Shown: positions 53,485 through 63,721, counted from the stretch's first letter. The stretch: DNA of 64,000 nucleotides from an uncultured Alphaproteobacteria bacterium (GCA_947367055.1 CANBCI010000003.1:92713-156712), one strand, 5' to 3'. The notes: a model not told the origin generated them from the sequence alone. Translations and numbers: made by a program.

Positions 53485-54048
53485 TTAATTATTATACACG
53501 CAACGGAAACCGTATTCACGCATGGTGGCGCCTTCGGCCTCTATCCGGTAATCAAAATACGGTGTCGGGCGCATTACATCAAATGACGGCTTGTCATAAA
53601 CCATGACAATGCTGTCCGCGTTGCGGCCGCATACGCGCTTCATTTCATAATCGGCAACGCGCGACAAAATCGTGCGCGCATCCCCGTCGACATCCATTCC
53701 GTCCGCATTCTGCATCAGGCGCAACCGCATTTCACGCAAATCCGTGTTGCCCAACAATATCTGAACGCGAACCATGGCGCCCTTATACTCCTGCCACCTG
53801 GTTTCCATGCGCGCCGTGTTCCAACGGTTGCTGTTCTGTTCCTTTTCCGCGGCGGTTTTTGGTTTGTATGAATCAATGTTCGCGTATTGGTTGTCGGGCT
53901 GCATAAATGTGCTGCTGCGTTCGTTGTACAGTGGCGCATCCGCCCCGCCCTGGGCAAAATCGTCAACATTGTACGGCGTGTCTTCGCCCGTTGCGCACCC
54001 GCCCAGAATCAGTGCACCGCAAATTGCAAACAGTAATGATTTCTTCAT
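53485..54048 (-). CDS. Lipoprotein of unknown function
   Basis: It has a signal peptide and lipobox (MKKSLLFAICGALILGGC). Confidence 0.6.
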   Translation of the reverse strand: MKKSLLFAICGALILGGCATGEDTPYNVDDFAQGGADAPLYNERSSTFMQPDNQYANIDSYKPKTAAEKEQNSNRWNTARMETRWQEYKGAMVRVQILLGNTDLREMRLRLMQNADGMDVDGDARTILSRVADYEMKRVCGRNADSIVMVYDKPSFDVMRPTPYFDYRIEAEGATMREYGFRCVYNN

Positions 54049-54123
54049 GGCAATCTCTCTTTTTTTTGATTTTAACAAATAAACCTTTTTGATTCAAGCG
54101 GCGATTTATGATAAAATCAAAGC

Positions 54124-55083
54124 ATGGCAAATGTTGTCTTGGAATCTTTGTTAAAACCGTTGGAGGATTTTTATAAACCCTCCTTTGTCGAAGAAATCGC
54201 AATAAATCACGCCGGCCAGGTGTGGATGCGCCTGCACGGCGCGCGCGTGCCCTGGGTGTCTTATAACAGCGAAGTGTTGTCCAAGCAATATCTGGTCGAC
54301 CTGATTCACACGGTGGCAAATATTTATGAACGCCCGTTTGACCCGATTCACGGCGTGCCCGTGGTGTACGCAACACTGCCGGGGAACCACAGGTTTTCCG
54401 CAATCGCCGGCCCCAATGTTCAATACGACGAACGCGATGTGACGGGCGGCGTCGCCATGAATATTCGCGGCGGCGGTGCGGTCGACACCAGTTTTGAAAA
54501 CTATCACCTGCGGCGCGGGGAACAATTGCTAAAGGTAAAGCCGCGTGAAAACATCCGCCCCGATGATCCGTACGACCGATTGATGACCGCCATAAATGAC
54601 GGCAGTCCCATTTTAATCAGCGGCGCGACCGCCACCGGGAAAACAACATTCTTGAACCATATGTTGACGCTGATTGATAAAAACAGCCGCGTCATCACCG
54701 TCGAAGATGCCCGCGAAATCCGCGTCCCCCAGGAAAACCGTGTGCACTTTGTCCTGTCCCGTACGGAACAGAGCAACGATTTCAACTATGCGCGATTACT
54801 GGATTTGGTTGTCCGCATGACCCCCGATGTCATAATCGGCGGCGAAATTTCAACCGACAATGCGTCGGTGCTGTGGGAAATGCTGGGGACGGGGCATGAT
54901 CATTTCTATACCACAATTCATGCCGAAAGCGCCGATGCCGCATACGCCGCGTTCGCCGACCGTATTCTGCATACCCAGCCCGCGTACAACCGCACCGAAC
55001 TGATTGCGGAAATGAAAAAGAAAATACGCGTCGTGCAGTTGTCCCGCGACGGGGCCCTGCGCGCCGTGACAGAGGTTGTATAA
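54124..55083 (+). CDS. virB11: VirB11/TrbB-family secretion ATPase
   Basis: GATATGKTT, RVITVEDAREI, GTGHDHFYTTIHA. 319 aa. Confidence 0.8.
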   Translation: MANVVLESLLKPLEDFYKPSFVEEIAINHAGQVWMRLHGARVPWVSYNSEVLSKQYLVDLIHTVANIYERPFDPIHGVPVVYATLPGNHRFSAIAGPNVQYDERDVTGGVAMNIRGGGAVDTSFENYHLRRGEQLLKVKPRENIRPDDPYDRLMTAINDGSPILISGATATGKTTFLNHMLTLIDKNSRVITVEDAREIRVPQENRVHFVLSRTEQSNDFNYARLLDLVVRMTPDVIIGGEISTDNASVLWEMLGTGHDHFYTTIHAESADAAYAAFADRILHTQPAYNRTELIAEMKKKIRVVQLSRDGALRAVTEVV

Positions 55084-55180
55084 CCCCACCGCCCACAAAA
55101 TCCCCCCCTTTCCGTTTCCCATTTTTATCTTGCATGGTGATTTTTATGCTCTATAATGCCATGAAATAAAGGAATACAAG

Positions 55181-55408
55181 ATGAATAAAGAGCCATTGGT
55201 TATCACGGATGCCGCAAAGCGTTCAGTTAATGTTGAACACGAAATAAACCTATCAAAAAAATACAGCGATGAAAAATTAGCGCGCGCCGCCAAGGCCGAA
55301 CAAAAAAGGCTGGATACCATCGACGCCGTCACCAACCCGATTGTTAATATATTTCTGTCGTTTTATGAAATAATAAACGATTTACGGCGCGGCGCGAAAA
55401 CAAAATAA
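55181..55408 (+). CDS. Small hypothetical protein
   Basis: Open frame only. Confidence 0.4.
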   Translation: MNKEPLVITDAAKRSVNVEHEINLSKKYSDEKLARAAKAEQKRLDTIDAVTNPIVNIFLSFYEIINDLRRGAKTK

Positions 55409-55436
55409 AAAACGGGCAAAACGCCCGTTTTATTTT
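55408..55436. terminator. Bidirectional intrinsic terminator
   Basis: AAAACGGGC-AAAA-CGCCCGTTTT. Confidence 0.7.
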
Positions 55437-55438
55437 TC

Positions 55439-55762
55439 TTAATCATTCTTTAGCAACTTTGCGCGCATCGCGTCAAATTCCGATTTGGTTATAATTTTTT
55501 CCTTGTACAATCTGGTCAGTTTTTCCAGTTTATCCAGGTTTTCAATCACGCAGTCCCCGCGCAGCACCAGCGACAGTATCAACGCCGCAAACCATGTGAC
55601 ACCGAAAAATACCCCCATCCACGCCAGCAGTATTATCAGCATACGCTTGCCGCCGCATATTCCGCGCTGATTCGCAATCATTATCGGAATATAGATAAAC
55701 GCGCATACAAAAGCACACGCCATCATAAACATTAAAAACAGTGCCAAATATTCAACAAACAT
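55439..55762 (-). CDS. Membrane protein with a C-terminal SHOCT-like domain
   Basis: It has three TM helices, then LEKLTRLYKEKIITKSEFDAMRAKLL. Confidence 0.65.
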   Translation of the reverse strand: MFVEYLALFLMFMMACAFVCAFIYIPIMIANQRGICGGKRMLIILLAWMGVFFGVTWFAALILSLVLRGDCVIENLDKLEKLTRLYKEKIITKSEFDAMRAKLLKND

Positions 55763-55822
55763 GTCGTTCCCCCTTTTTCTGAAATTCTAACGAAAAAATT
55801 CCCAGAATTCAATTCTTTTTAT

Positions 55823-58033
55823 CTACATAAAATTTATTGGATTCACATCAATTTTCACGCGAATATTGGCGGGCGTGCGAACCTTGGCAATCCAATGCGC
55901 GACAACCGGCTGCAACTGGGCGGTGGCGCCGCCCGAAATCAAAAACCGCATTCGGTACCAGTTGCGAACCTGATATACCTGGGCGGCGATTGGCCCCATA
56001 ATCTTTGCACCGTGCAAAACCGGCGCCGCCGCACGCAATGCATCGCAATAATCGCGCAGGGTGGTTTCCTTTTGCCCTTCTATTACCAACGCAATCAGTT
56101 GCCCGTATGGGGGCATCGCCGCCGCACGCCGCGCCGCCATGTCGGACGCCATAAACGCATCGCGGTCGCCCGCACAAATCGCATTTAATACCGGGTGCAT
56201 CGGCTGATATGTCTGCAGTAAAACGCGCCCGGGCGCCGTGCCGCGACCCGCGCGGCCCGCGACTTGGAATAATTGCTGGAAAGTATGCTCGGCCGCGCGA
56301 AAGTCCGTACCGAACAACCCCATGTCCGCATCCACCGCCCCCACCAGCGTCAAGTTCGGGAAATGATGCCCCTTGGCCAGAATTTGCGTTCCGATAACAA
56401 TGTCAATTTCCCCCGATTCCATTTTTGAAACAATTCGTTCCAGTGATTGGCGCGACGAAATCGTGTCGCTGGAAACCAGGGCCACGCGCGCCGCTGGGAA
56501 TTTTGCGCCGACCTCTTCCGCTATCTTTTCCAGGCCCGCCCCGCGCATGGTGACCGCCCCGCCACAGTCGGGACATACATCCGGCAATGGCGCCGTGCGC
56601 CCGCACATGTGGCACAGCATGCGCGACAACCGCTTGTGATATGTCATGCCCACACTGCAATCGGGGCACGCGGCGACCCAGCCGCACTTTTGGCACTGTA
56701 CAATCGGGGCAAACCCGCGCCGGTTGATGAACAGCATCACCTGCTGGCCGGCCCGCAATGTTTGCGATATGGCATCGCACAGCGCGGGCGACAAATATCC
56801 GTTTCGCGGCGCCGCATCCGTCGCGTCAGTTGAAATGCGATACGGCACGGGCCGGCTTTCGCGCAAATCAATCGTTTGAATTTCGGGCAATGACGCACCG
56901 CCAAAGCGCGATGTCAAACTCAATCGCCGGTACTTTCCCTGATTTACATTTTTCAACGTTTCGGCGGCGGGGGTCGCACTGGCCAAGACAACGGGGAACC
57001 CGGCGATTTTTGCCCGCAGCACCGCCATGTCGCGCGCGTGATAATTGCCCATGTCTTCCTGCTTGTACGATGTGTCGTGTTCTTCGTCCACGACAACAAG
57101 GCCCAACCTTTGCCACGGCAGGAACAATGCACTGCGCGTGCCGACAACCATTCTTATGTCGCCCCGCATAACGCCGCGCCAAATTTCACGCCGCCGCGCC
57201 GCGGTTAAATTACTGTGCCACACGACGGGCGGCGCGCCAAAGCGCTTTGCAAATCTATCCATAAACTGTGCCGTCAGGGCGATTTCCGGCATCATCAGCA
57301 GAACACTTTCGCCGCGCTTATATGCGCGCCATGCGGCGTCAAAATAAACCTGGGTCTTGCCGCTGCCCGTGATTCCATCAAGCAGAAAAACCGAAAATCC
57401 GCCGCGCCCGATTGCATCCGCGATTGCAGATGCGGCCGCCGCCTGCTCTGCATTTAATGTGACGGTTTGGGTGTCATGATAATCATAAACAAATTGTTTT
57501 GGCGGGGCGCGGAAATCACGCGGCGCAAGCGTGCCGTTCTTTATCATCGCGCGCACAACCGCCGCCGATACATGCGCAATGTTTTGAATATCCGACGCGG
57601 ACATCGGTTCATTGTCGTTTGATGCAAACGCGTCGGCAACGGCCTGGCGATTGTCAGTCATGCGAACGGCCGGGGCGGATTCAAATGTGTACAATTGTTC
57701 CATTCGCGGCGCGCCAAAGGCGTCCGGCACATTCAAAATCAAACGCAAAACGGCGCCCGGCGGCATCATTGTCCACGCCGCCATTTTCTGAATCCAAATT
57801 AAATCACATTCGGGAATTTTCGAATCCAGAACTTCTGTTGTGGGTTTAATTTTCTCTGGCGCAAGGCCGCTGTCGCCGGGGCCGATAACAACGCCGACAT
57901 ACGGCCGGTTCATAACCGTCACACGGACAAACGCGCCAGTGGGGGCATTTGCCGTCAAACGGTAATCATACCCGGTGTTAACCGCATTAGGTATCAAAAC
58001 TTTTACAATATCGCCCGCATTGAACATACCCAT
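55823..58033 (-). CDS. priA: Primosomal protein N' (replication restart helicase)
   Basis: GSGKTQVY, VVDEEHD, and the Zn-binding CQKCGW...CPDC...CHMCG...CPDCGG. Confidence 0.95.
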   Translation of the reverse strand: MGMFNAGDIVKVLIPNAVNTGYDYRLTANAPTGAFVRVTVMNRPYVGVVIGPGDSGLAPEKIKPTTEVLDSKIPECDLIWIQKMAAWTMMPPGAVLRLILNVPDAFGAPRMEQLYTFESAPAVRMTDNRQAVADAFASNDNEPMSASDIQNIAHVSAAVVRAMIKNGTLAPRDFRAPPKQFVYDYHDTQTVTLNAEQAAAASAIADAIGRGGFSVFLLDGITGSGKTQVYFDAAWRAYKRGESVLLMMPEIALTAQFMDRFAKRFGAPPVVWHSNLTAARRREIWRGVMRGDIRMVVGTRSALFLPWQRLGLVVVDEEHDTSYKQEDMGNYHARDMAVLRAKIAGFPVVLASATPAAETLKNVNQGKYRRLSLTSRFGGASLPEIQTIDLRESRPVPYRISTDATDAAPRNGYLSPALCDAISQTLRAGQQVMLFINRRGFAPIVQCQKCGWVAACPDCSVGMTYHKRLSRMLCHMCGRTAPLPDVCPDCGGAVTMRGAGLEKIAEEVGAKFPAARVALVSSDTISSRQSLERIVSKMESGEIDIVIGTQILAKGHHFPNLTLVGAVDADMGLFGTDFRAAEHTFQQLFQVAGRAGRGTAPGRVLLQTYQPMHPVLNAICAGDRDAFMASDMAARRAAAMPPYGQLIALVIEGQKETTLRDYCDALRAAAPVLHGAKIMGPIAAQVYQVRNWYRMRFLISGGATAQLQPVVAHWIAKVRTPANIRVKIDVNPINFM

Positions 58034-58098
58034 AAAGTACTTGTTTTTTTCGTTTTTTTCAATACCATTATTTGCATAAACAAACACAGGGACGCATT

Positions 58099-58887
58099 AT
58101 GTGGAAACTATTTTTTGACACATGTTATTTATTTAGTTATCTGATAATCGGGCGCCGCAACCGGCGCTGGTTTCGCGAGGTGAAATTATTCGACTATCGC
58201 CGAAAATTGAATCTTTTGCGCGGCGCATATCCGGAACTGGACTGGAGGCATGTCTATATGCGCAAGGGCGGATGCAGCCTGGCGTTCATGGTAAACAACA
58301 AATATGTGTTCAAGGTTCGCAAATTTAACAGCGACATCGAATCAATCAAGCGGTACCACTATGAAAAACTGGTAACGGACGCATTGGCGGGCGTGTTGCC
58401 GACGCGTATCCCCAAAATGACATTAATGGAACTGGACGGCCTGCTGTTTAGCAAGTCCGAACTGATACCGGGAAAAATGCTGATTGATTTGCCGTTGAAA
58501 AAACTGATTGCAAATCGCGAAAAATTGGGCCGGCAATTGGGCGGAATAATTTACAAACTGTTTAATTCAAATATTTTGCCGGAATTAAAGCCCGCAAATT
58601 GCGACCCGGTCGACTGTGGCTTTATACACTGCGACATGTGCAGCAATATTGTCGCAAATCCCGACACCATGGACATCACGGGAATAATAGACTGGGAATT
58701 CGCACATTACGGATCGTTAAAGATTGATTTTATCGGCATATTCCGCGTTCGCCGCAAAATGCGCAAAACCGACATCGCGGTCGAGGCCATGTGGGAATAC
58801 TATCGCCTGCGCGACGCGGCGCAAAAGGCAGGGACGGCCCCTAAAAAAGCGCCAATCAAAAAGAAACCCGCCAAAAAAACAAAATAA
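58099..58887 (+). CDS. Aminoglycoside/choline-kinase-like phosphotransferase-fold protein
   Basis: It has IHCDMCSNIV and IIDWEFAHYG motifs and a lysine-rich tail. Confidence 0.65.
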   Translation: MWKLFFDTCYLFSYLIIGRRNRRWFREVKLFDYRRKLNLLRGAYPELDWRHVYMRKGGCSLAFMVNNKYVFKVRKFNSDIESIKRYHYEKLVTDALAGVLPTRIPKMTLMELDGLLFSKSELIPGKMLIDLPLKKLIANREKLGRQLGGIIYKLFNSNILPELKPANCDPVDCGFIHCDMCSNIVANPDTMDITGIIDWEFAHYGSLKIDFIGIFRVRRKMRKTDIAVEAMWEYYRLRDAAQKAGTAPKKAPIKKKPAKKTK

Positions 58888-58902
58888 TACATAATTTCCC
58901 AT

Positions 58903-58927
58903 TCGCCCCACCACGGGGCGATTTTTT
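58903..58927 (+). terminator. Intrinsic terminator
   Basis: TCGCCCC-ACCAC-GGGGCGA followed by a T-run. Confidence 0.7.
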
Positions 58928-59010
58928 ATTCCCCCACTCGCGAAATATATTGACAACATAGATTTTTGTGTTATATATTAATGTGTAAATAAATTATTAC
59001 GGAGAGTGAA

Positions 59011-59550
59011 ATGGCCAAAATAGTAAAACAAGTTTTTGAAGATTATAAAAAATATATAACGCAGTGTGTTATAGAAGAGTTTGGCACATCCTATCTAGTG
59101 GCAAGCGAGGTCCAAGACAACTGGCGTCTTGAAATCAAATATAGCCCGGAATGCGAAGAAATGCTGTTGCTTAAAACAAATGTGTTTATCCGCATGCTTG
59201 AACACAAAGACCCGAATTATAGAAATTTGGATTTTCTAAAATCGCTTACCAACAAGATTTCTTCTTATCTGGCGCTATATATAACCAGCAAAGCACCAAA
59301 TGCGGACTATAACACATGCCTGTATCAATTACGTGATAAATTATACACCAATTCATCATATGTGCAGAGTCTGGAAAATAATTTAAAAAGCAAAAGACAA
59401 AACCGCCATATAGCTATTTCAAATAAGTCGCAAAATGCCCAGGACAAAAAAGTGAAATTTGAACATGGCGCGAAAAAACTTTCTTATCAGGAAAAAACGC
59501 GCGAAATTATCACACACAGAATCAGCAAGATAAATCCACGCATGAAATAG
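59011..59550 (+). CDS. Hypothetical protein
   Basis: An open frame with a GGAGAG SD. No family was recognised. Confidence 0.45.
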   Translation: MAKIVKQVFEDYKKYITQCVIEEFGTSYLVASEVQDNWRLEIKYSPECEEMLLLKTNVFIRMLEHKDPNYRNLDFLKSLTNKISSYLALYITSKAPNADYNTCLYQLRDKLYTNSSYVQSLENNLKSKRQNRHIAISNKSQNAQDKKVKFEHGAKKLSYQEKTREIITHRISKINPRMK

Positions 59551-60415
59551 CCCCGGGCGAAACATCGGTAATTTCAATATCGGCGGCGAACTGGGTACGG
59601 AACCATGTTCGCTGCCGCTTTGCATATTGATTGGTCTTTGTCGTCCAATCCTGAACGCATGCGTCACGCGATACCTCGCCACGCAGATAACGGCATAACT
59701 GCACCGCACCGATTGCGCGCGATGCGTCCAAATTGTTGCTTATTATATTTTCCGCCTCTACAATTGCGCCACCGGAAATCATTTCCGAAATCCGCGCCGC
59801 AATCCGCGCGCGCAATATTTCGACCGGCGGGTTAATCAGTATTTTTCGTGCGTCACCCGCCACCGCGCCCATACGCGGTGCGTTTTGAAATTCCGCCAAA
59901 TGATGACCTGTTTGTAAAAACACCTCGACCGCACGGGCGACGCGTTGCGGGTCGGTCGCGCCAAAATCCGTCGGCAATAATTTGCGCGCGGCGTCAATAT
60001 CATGTTCAACCATATCGCGGGCCCGCCGCCGCGTCGCCGCGTCAATATCCGGCATGGGGGAAATTCCGTTCAAAATCGCATTTGCATAATACCCGGTGCC
60101 GCCAACAAATATCGCCGGGCGCCCCGCGCACCGCGCCGCCGAATATTCATGACGCGCCAAATCAAGGTAATCTGCCACACTGATTTGTTCCGATAATGGC
60201 AATATGGAAAAAAGTTTATACGGCACCCCGTCAATTTCGTCTGTAATGTCGCGGCCGGCAAAGGGACTGGCCGAAATGTTTTCAATGCCGCGATAAACCT
60301 GAACACTGTCGCAATTTATAATCACCGCGCCGATTTTTTTCGCCAATCGGTGCGCAAAATCAGATTTCCCGGATGCCGTCGGCCCCACAACAAGATAAGA
60401 AGAACTATTATTCAT
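59522..60415 (-). CDS. miaA: tRNA dimethylallyltransferase
   Basis: VVGPTASGKS, with MiaA-like sequence throughout. Confidence 0.9.
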   Translation of the reverse strand: MNNSSSYLVVGPTASGKSDFAHRLAKKIGAVIINCDSVQVYRGIENISASPFAGRDITDEIDGVPYKLFSILPLSEQISVADYLDLARHEYSAARCAGRPAIFVGGTGYYANAILNGISPMPDIDAATRRRARDMVEHDIDAARKLLPTDFGATDPQRVARAVEVFLQTGHHLAEFQNAPRMGAVAGDARKILINPPVEILRARIAARISEMISGGAIVEAENIISNNLDASRAIGAVQLCRYLRGEVSRDACVQDWTTKTNQYAKRQRTWFRTQFAADIEITDVSPGAISCVDLSC

Positions 60416-60518
60416 GTTGATAAATTATAAATGCGGGATTCGCAAAATTCAATTGTAATATTGGAATTTTTAATGCTAAAATAAGACCGTCCAATAAGTA
60501 AAAAGAAAGGAAAATATT

Positions 60519-61520
60519 ATGTCAAAAGTAAGAGTAGCAATTAACGGTTTCGGCCGCATCGGCCGTCTGGTATTACGTGCGGCATTGGAATCGGGACGCG
60601 ACGATATTGAATTTGTTGCGGTTAACGACCTGGCGCCGGCGGAACAGAATGCGTACCTGCTGGAATATGATTCCGTGCATGGCAAACTGCCGATGGAAGT
60701 TAAACTGGACGGCGACTACATCATCGTCGGCAACCAGAAAATCAAATGCATCGCGGAAAAAGACCCGACAAAACTGCCCTGGGGTGAAATGGATATTGAC
60801 ATTGTTATGGAATGCACCGGTATCTTTACCGCCGCAGACAAGGCCCGCGTTCATCTAGAGGCCGGCGCAAAACGCGTTCTGGTTTCCGCCCCGTCGGCGG
60901 GTGCAGACGCCACAATCGTGTACGGCGTGAACCAAGATACATTAAAACCGACCGATTTGATTGTGTCCAACGCATCATGCACGACAAACTGCCTGGCCCC
61001 GGTGGCAAAGGTTTTGGACGACACATACGGCATCATATCGGGCTGGATGACAACTGTTCACGCATACACCGGCGATCAGCAGTTGCTGGACAAAAATCAC
61101 AAGGATTTCCGTCGTGCACGTGCGGCGGCACTGTCCATGATTCCGACCAGCACCGGCGCAGCCAAGGCAATCGGATTGGTTCTGCCGAAACTCTCTGGCA
61201 AACTGGACGGTATGGCAATCCGCGTTCCGACGCCCGATGTATCGGTTGTCGAACTGGTTGTAAATTTGGAAAAAGATGCAACCGTCGACGGCATCAACGC
61301 CGCGATGCGGGCCGCTGCATCACGCACATTCGGCTACAACGACAAACCGCTGGTATCCGTCGACTTTACCGGCGACGCGCACAGTTCCATTTTTGACGCA
61401 TCCCAGACCAAGGTCTTGGGCGACAAATTGGTTCATGTGACCGCATGGTACGACAATGAATGGGGTTTCTCGAACCGCATGGGCGACACAGCCGTCGCGA
61501 TGGGCAAACTGATTAAATAA
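60519..61520 (+). CDS. gap: Glyceraldehyde-3-phosphate dehydrogenase
   Basis: INGFGRIGR, SNASCTTNCLAP, WYDNEWG. Confidence 0.95.
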   Translation: MSKVRVAINGFGRIGRLVLRAALESGRDDIEFVAVNDLAPAEQNAYLLEYDSVHGKLPMEVKLDGDYIIVGNQKIKCIAEKDPTKLPWGEMDIDIVMECTGIFTAADKARVHLEAGAKRVLVSAPSAGADATIVYGVNQDTLKPTDLIVSNASCTTNCLAPVAKVLDDTYGIISGWMTTVHAYTGDQQLLDKNHKDFRRARAAALSMIPTSTGAAKAIGLVLPKLSGKLDGMAIRVPTPDVSVVELVVNLEKDATVDGINAAMRAAASRTFGYNDKPLVSVDFTGDAHSSIFDASQTKVLGDKLVHVTAWYDNEWGFSNRMGDTAVAMGKLIK

Positions 61521-61532
61521 TCAATGCCGAAT

Positions 61533-61563
61533 AAAAATCCCCGTGAATCACGGGGATTTTTTT
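61533..61563 (+). terminator. Intrinsic terminator
   Basis: AAAAATCCCCGTG-AAT-CACGGGGATTTTTTT. Confidence 0.7.
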
Positions 61564-61680
61564 GTGTATGGGATTTCATATGTTTATCTGTCGCGTATTC
61601 ATACTTATAGCCATACTCAAATTTATGAAAAAAAGCGCTTGCATTTGAAATCCAGACAGTATAATATACGTAACGCTTTA

Positions 61681-61757
61681 GGGGTTGTAGCTCAGCTGGT
61701 TAGAGCGTCTGCCTGTCACGCAGAAGGTCGCGGGTTCGAGCCCCGTCAATCCCGCCA
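61681..61757 (+). tRNA. tRNA-Asp (GUC)
   Basis: A 77-nt cloverleaf with anticodon loop CUGUCAC and an encoded CCA. Promoter-like TTGCAT...TATAAT lies at 61639-61667. Confidence 0.95.
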
Positions 61758-61789
61758 GTAATTTACCGCAGTTATACTGCGGTTTTTTT
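61751..61789. repeat. Direct repeat copy 1 (tRNA-Asp 3' end plus terminator)
   Basis: CCCGCCAGTAATTTACCGCAGTTATACTGCGGTTTTTT. Confidence 0.9.
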
Positions 61790-61919
61790 ATATTGATTGA
61801 CGGGGCGAGAACCCGGCGGGTTCGTCTGCGGAGTTGGCGAAAACAAGTAAAACGCTGTTTGAGCCTTACGAGCGGAAAGGGGCCCGACGCAAAGGCGGCG
61901 GGAATTACAGCCCCGTGGT

Positions 61920-61957
61920 CCCGCCAGTAATTTACCGCAGTTATACTGCGGTTTTTT
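61920..61957. repeat. Direct repeat copy 2
   Basis: The same 38 nt occur 169 bp downstream. A further AGCCCCGT match lies just upstream of both copies. Confidence 0.9.
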
Positions 61958-62079
61958 ATTTCGCCCATGTTTCTTTTCGCGTCACCACATGCCCGCACAT
62001 GGGAATATTCGCCCCCTTGATATTGCATGAAATAAGTTATATCATTATTTCATATCGAACCAAAAATGGAGAAAAAGAT

Positions 62080-62508
62080 ATGAAAATCAAACTATTCGCA
62101 TTCGGTGCGTGCGCACTGGCCTTGGCGGCATGCGGCGACGGCACACAAAATCCGGCCGCGTTAAAGGGTACAAACTTTATCGCCGCATCGGGTGATACGA
62201 ACATAACACTGTCATTTGCAGAAAACGAAATGCGCGTAAATGGCCAGGTGGTGAATCTGTATAACGCGTCTTATACTGCGAACGGCGACAACATAGAATT
62301 TGGCAACATCGCATCAACGATGATGATGGGCCCAGTGGAATCAATGGAGGTTGAACAGGATTATTTCCAATTCCTGTCGACGGTTGAAAAGTATGAATTG
62401 AAAAACGGGCGTCTGACGCTTAAAAACGGCGCAGGCCGCGAAATAGTATTTCAACAGGTTGATGAAATCGAAGAAAGCGAAACCGTTGAAGTGTTTATGG
62501 GCGAATAA
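62080..62508 (+). CDS. META-domain (HslJ-like) lipoprotein
   Basis: It has a lipobox (ALALAAC) and a META-like pattern (ASTMMMGP..EQDYFQFL..YELKNGRLTL). Confidence 0.7.
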   Translation: MKIKLFAFGACALALAACGDGTQNPAALKGTNFIAASGDTNITLSFAENEMRVNGQVVNLYNASYTANGDNIEFGNIASTMMMGPVESMEVEQDYFQFLSTVEKYELKNGRLTLKNGAGREIVFQQVDEIEESETVEVFMGE

Positions 62509-62536
62509 CAACGTCTGAAACGATAATACATTTGGC

Positions 62537-62565
62537 TTGACAATGAATAAAATGCCGGTTATAAT
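62537..62565 (+). promoter_or_regulatory. Promoter candidate for tRNA-Glu
   Basis: TTGACA, a 17-nt spacer, then TATAAT. Confidence 0.55.
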
Positions 62566-62609
62566 TTGCCGGCATTTTTAAGTTTAACATTTAGGAATGC
62601 GGCAGTTTT

Positions 62610-62685
62610 GGCCCCATCGTCTAGAGGCCTAGGACACCGCCCTTTCAAGGCGAGAACACCAGTTCGAATCTGGTTGGGGCTGCCA
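62610..62685 (+). tRNA. tRNA-Glu (UUC)
   Basis: A 76-nt cloverleaf with anticodon loop CUUUCAA and an encoded CCA. Confidence 0.95.
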
Positions 62686-62901
62686 AATTGGATTACCGTT
62701 CATATTCATCAGAATATCGAACGGTTTTTTCATGCTGTATAAGGCTTTGCCGTCTTTCAGGACACAGTTCGAAAGTAGTAAATTCAATAATGCTCTTTTT
62801 TGCTCTACTTTCGAACTCTGCTGCTTTTGGTATTCCAACTATGATTTAAACTATATTTATAGTATAATAGACTGAAACATACTTGGAACAGGAATCTTGG
62901 A

Positions 62902-63577
62902 ATGAGTTTTTTATCCGAACTTTCATTACGTATTCATATTTTACGATACAGGGTCGGTTTGCGAAAAACTTTGCCCGCGGCGATAATAAATCGTGTTAAA
63001 ATATCGGAATCTAATGAGCCAATGATTGATATCCGCAAATGTCATGACTTTTTCTTTGGCAATGGATTGGAACAGCGCGATGCGGTTTATGTGCGTCGCG
63101 GTGTTTATGAGCGACTGATAATGGTGACGCAATCTTTACCCGGTGAATATAGATTGAAGATAATGTCTGCACACCGGTCTTTGCCAGAACAACAAGATTT
63201 ATGGAACCGACAAATGGTGCGAACACGGGCGGAAAATCCGAACGCATCCGAATCTGAACTGATAACAATAAACAGACGATTTGTTTCCCAACCACATCAT
63301 GGATTTGGCGGTCATCAAACCGGTGGTGCGGTTGATGTGACACTATGTGATACAAATGGTGCAGATGTCGGTTTGGGCAAATGGCTAAATACAGACCCGA
63401 TTATGGGGGGGCACGAAAACAAAACGTCTGCGCAGAATCTTAAAACGCGCAATGTGCGCGGCCGGTTTTGTTAACTATCCGGCGGAATGGTGGCATTTTA
63501 GCTATGGTGACCGTATGTGGGCGGCGTATACAAAACGTTCAAAATGTTTTTATGGTTTGATTGAATCTGTTGAATAG
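62902..63577 (+). pseudogene. M15 D-Ala-D-Ala dipeptidase (VanX/DdpX-like) with a frameshift at a G7 run
   Basis: SAHRSLPEQQDLW and GGHQTGGAVDV lie in frame 1. The conserved tail AGFVNYPAEWWHFSYGD lies in frame +1 after the GGGGGGG run at 63411-63417. Confidence 0.65.
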
Positions 63578-63721
63578 AATGATGGTTTAAATCGTTTCGC
63601 ATGAATACCGGATTTCAACAAATTTCTTAAAATCATTTGTTATGAAATTGCATAAACACGTCGGCCCAAAGTCCCCCCATGCGTGTGTTTTTTCATCGAA
63701 ACCCGCGTTCAAACAAACACC

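Noticed and set aside
62629-62838. 69-aa minus-strand ORF next to tRNA-Glu, as a possible integrase remnant
   Set aside because: It overlaps the tRNA at its 3' end, and I could not recognise any integrase motif. The evidence is insufficient.
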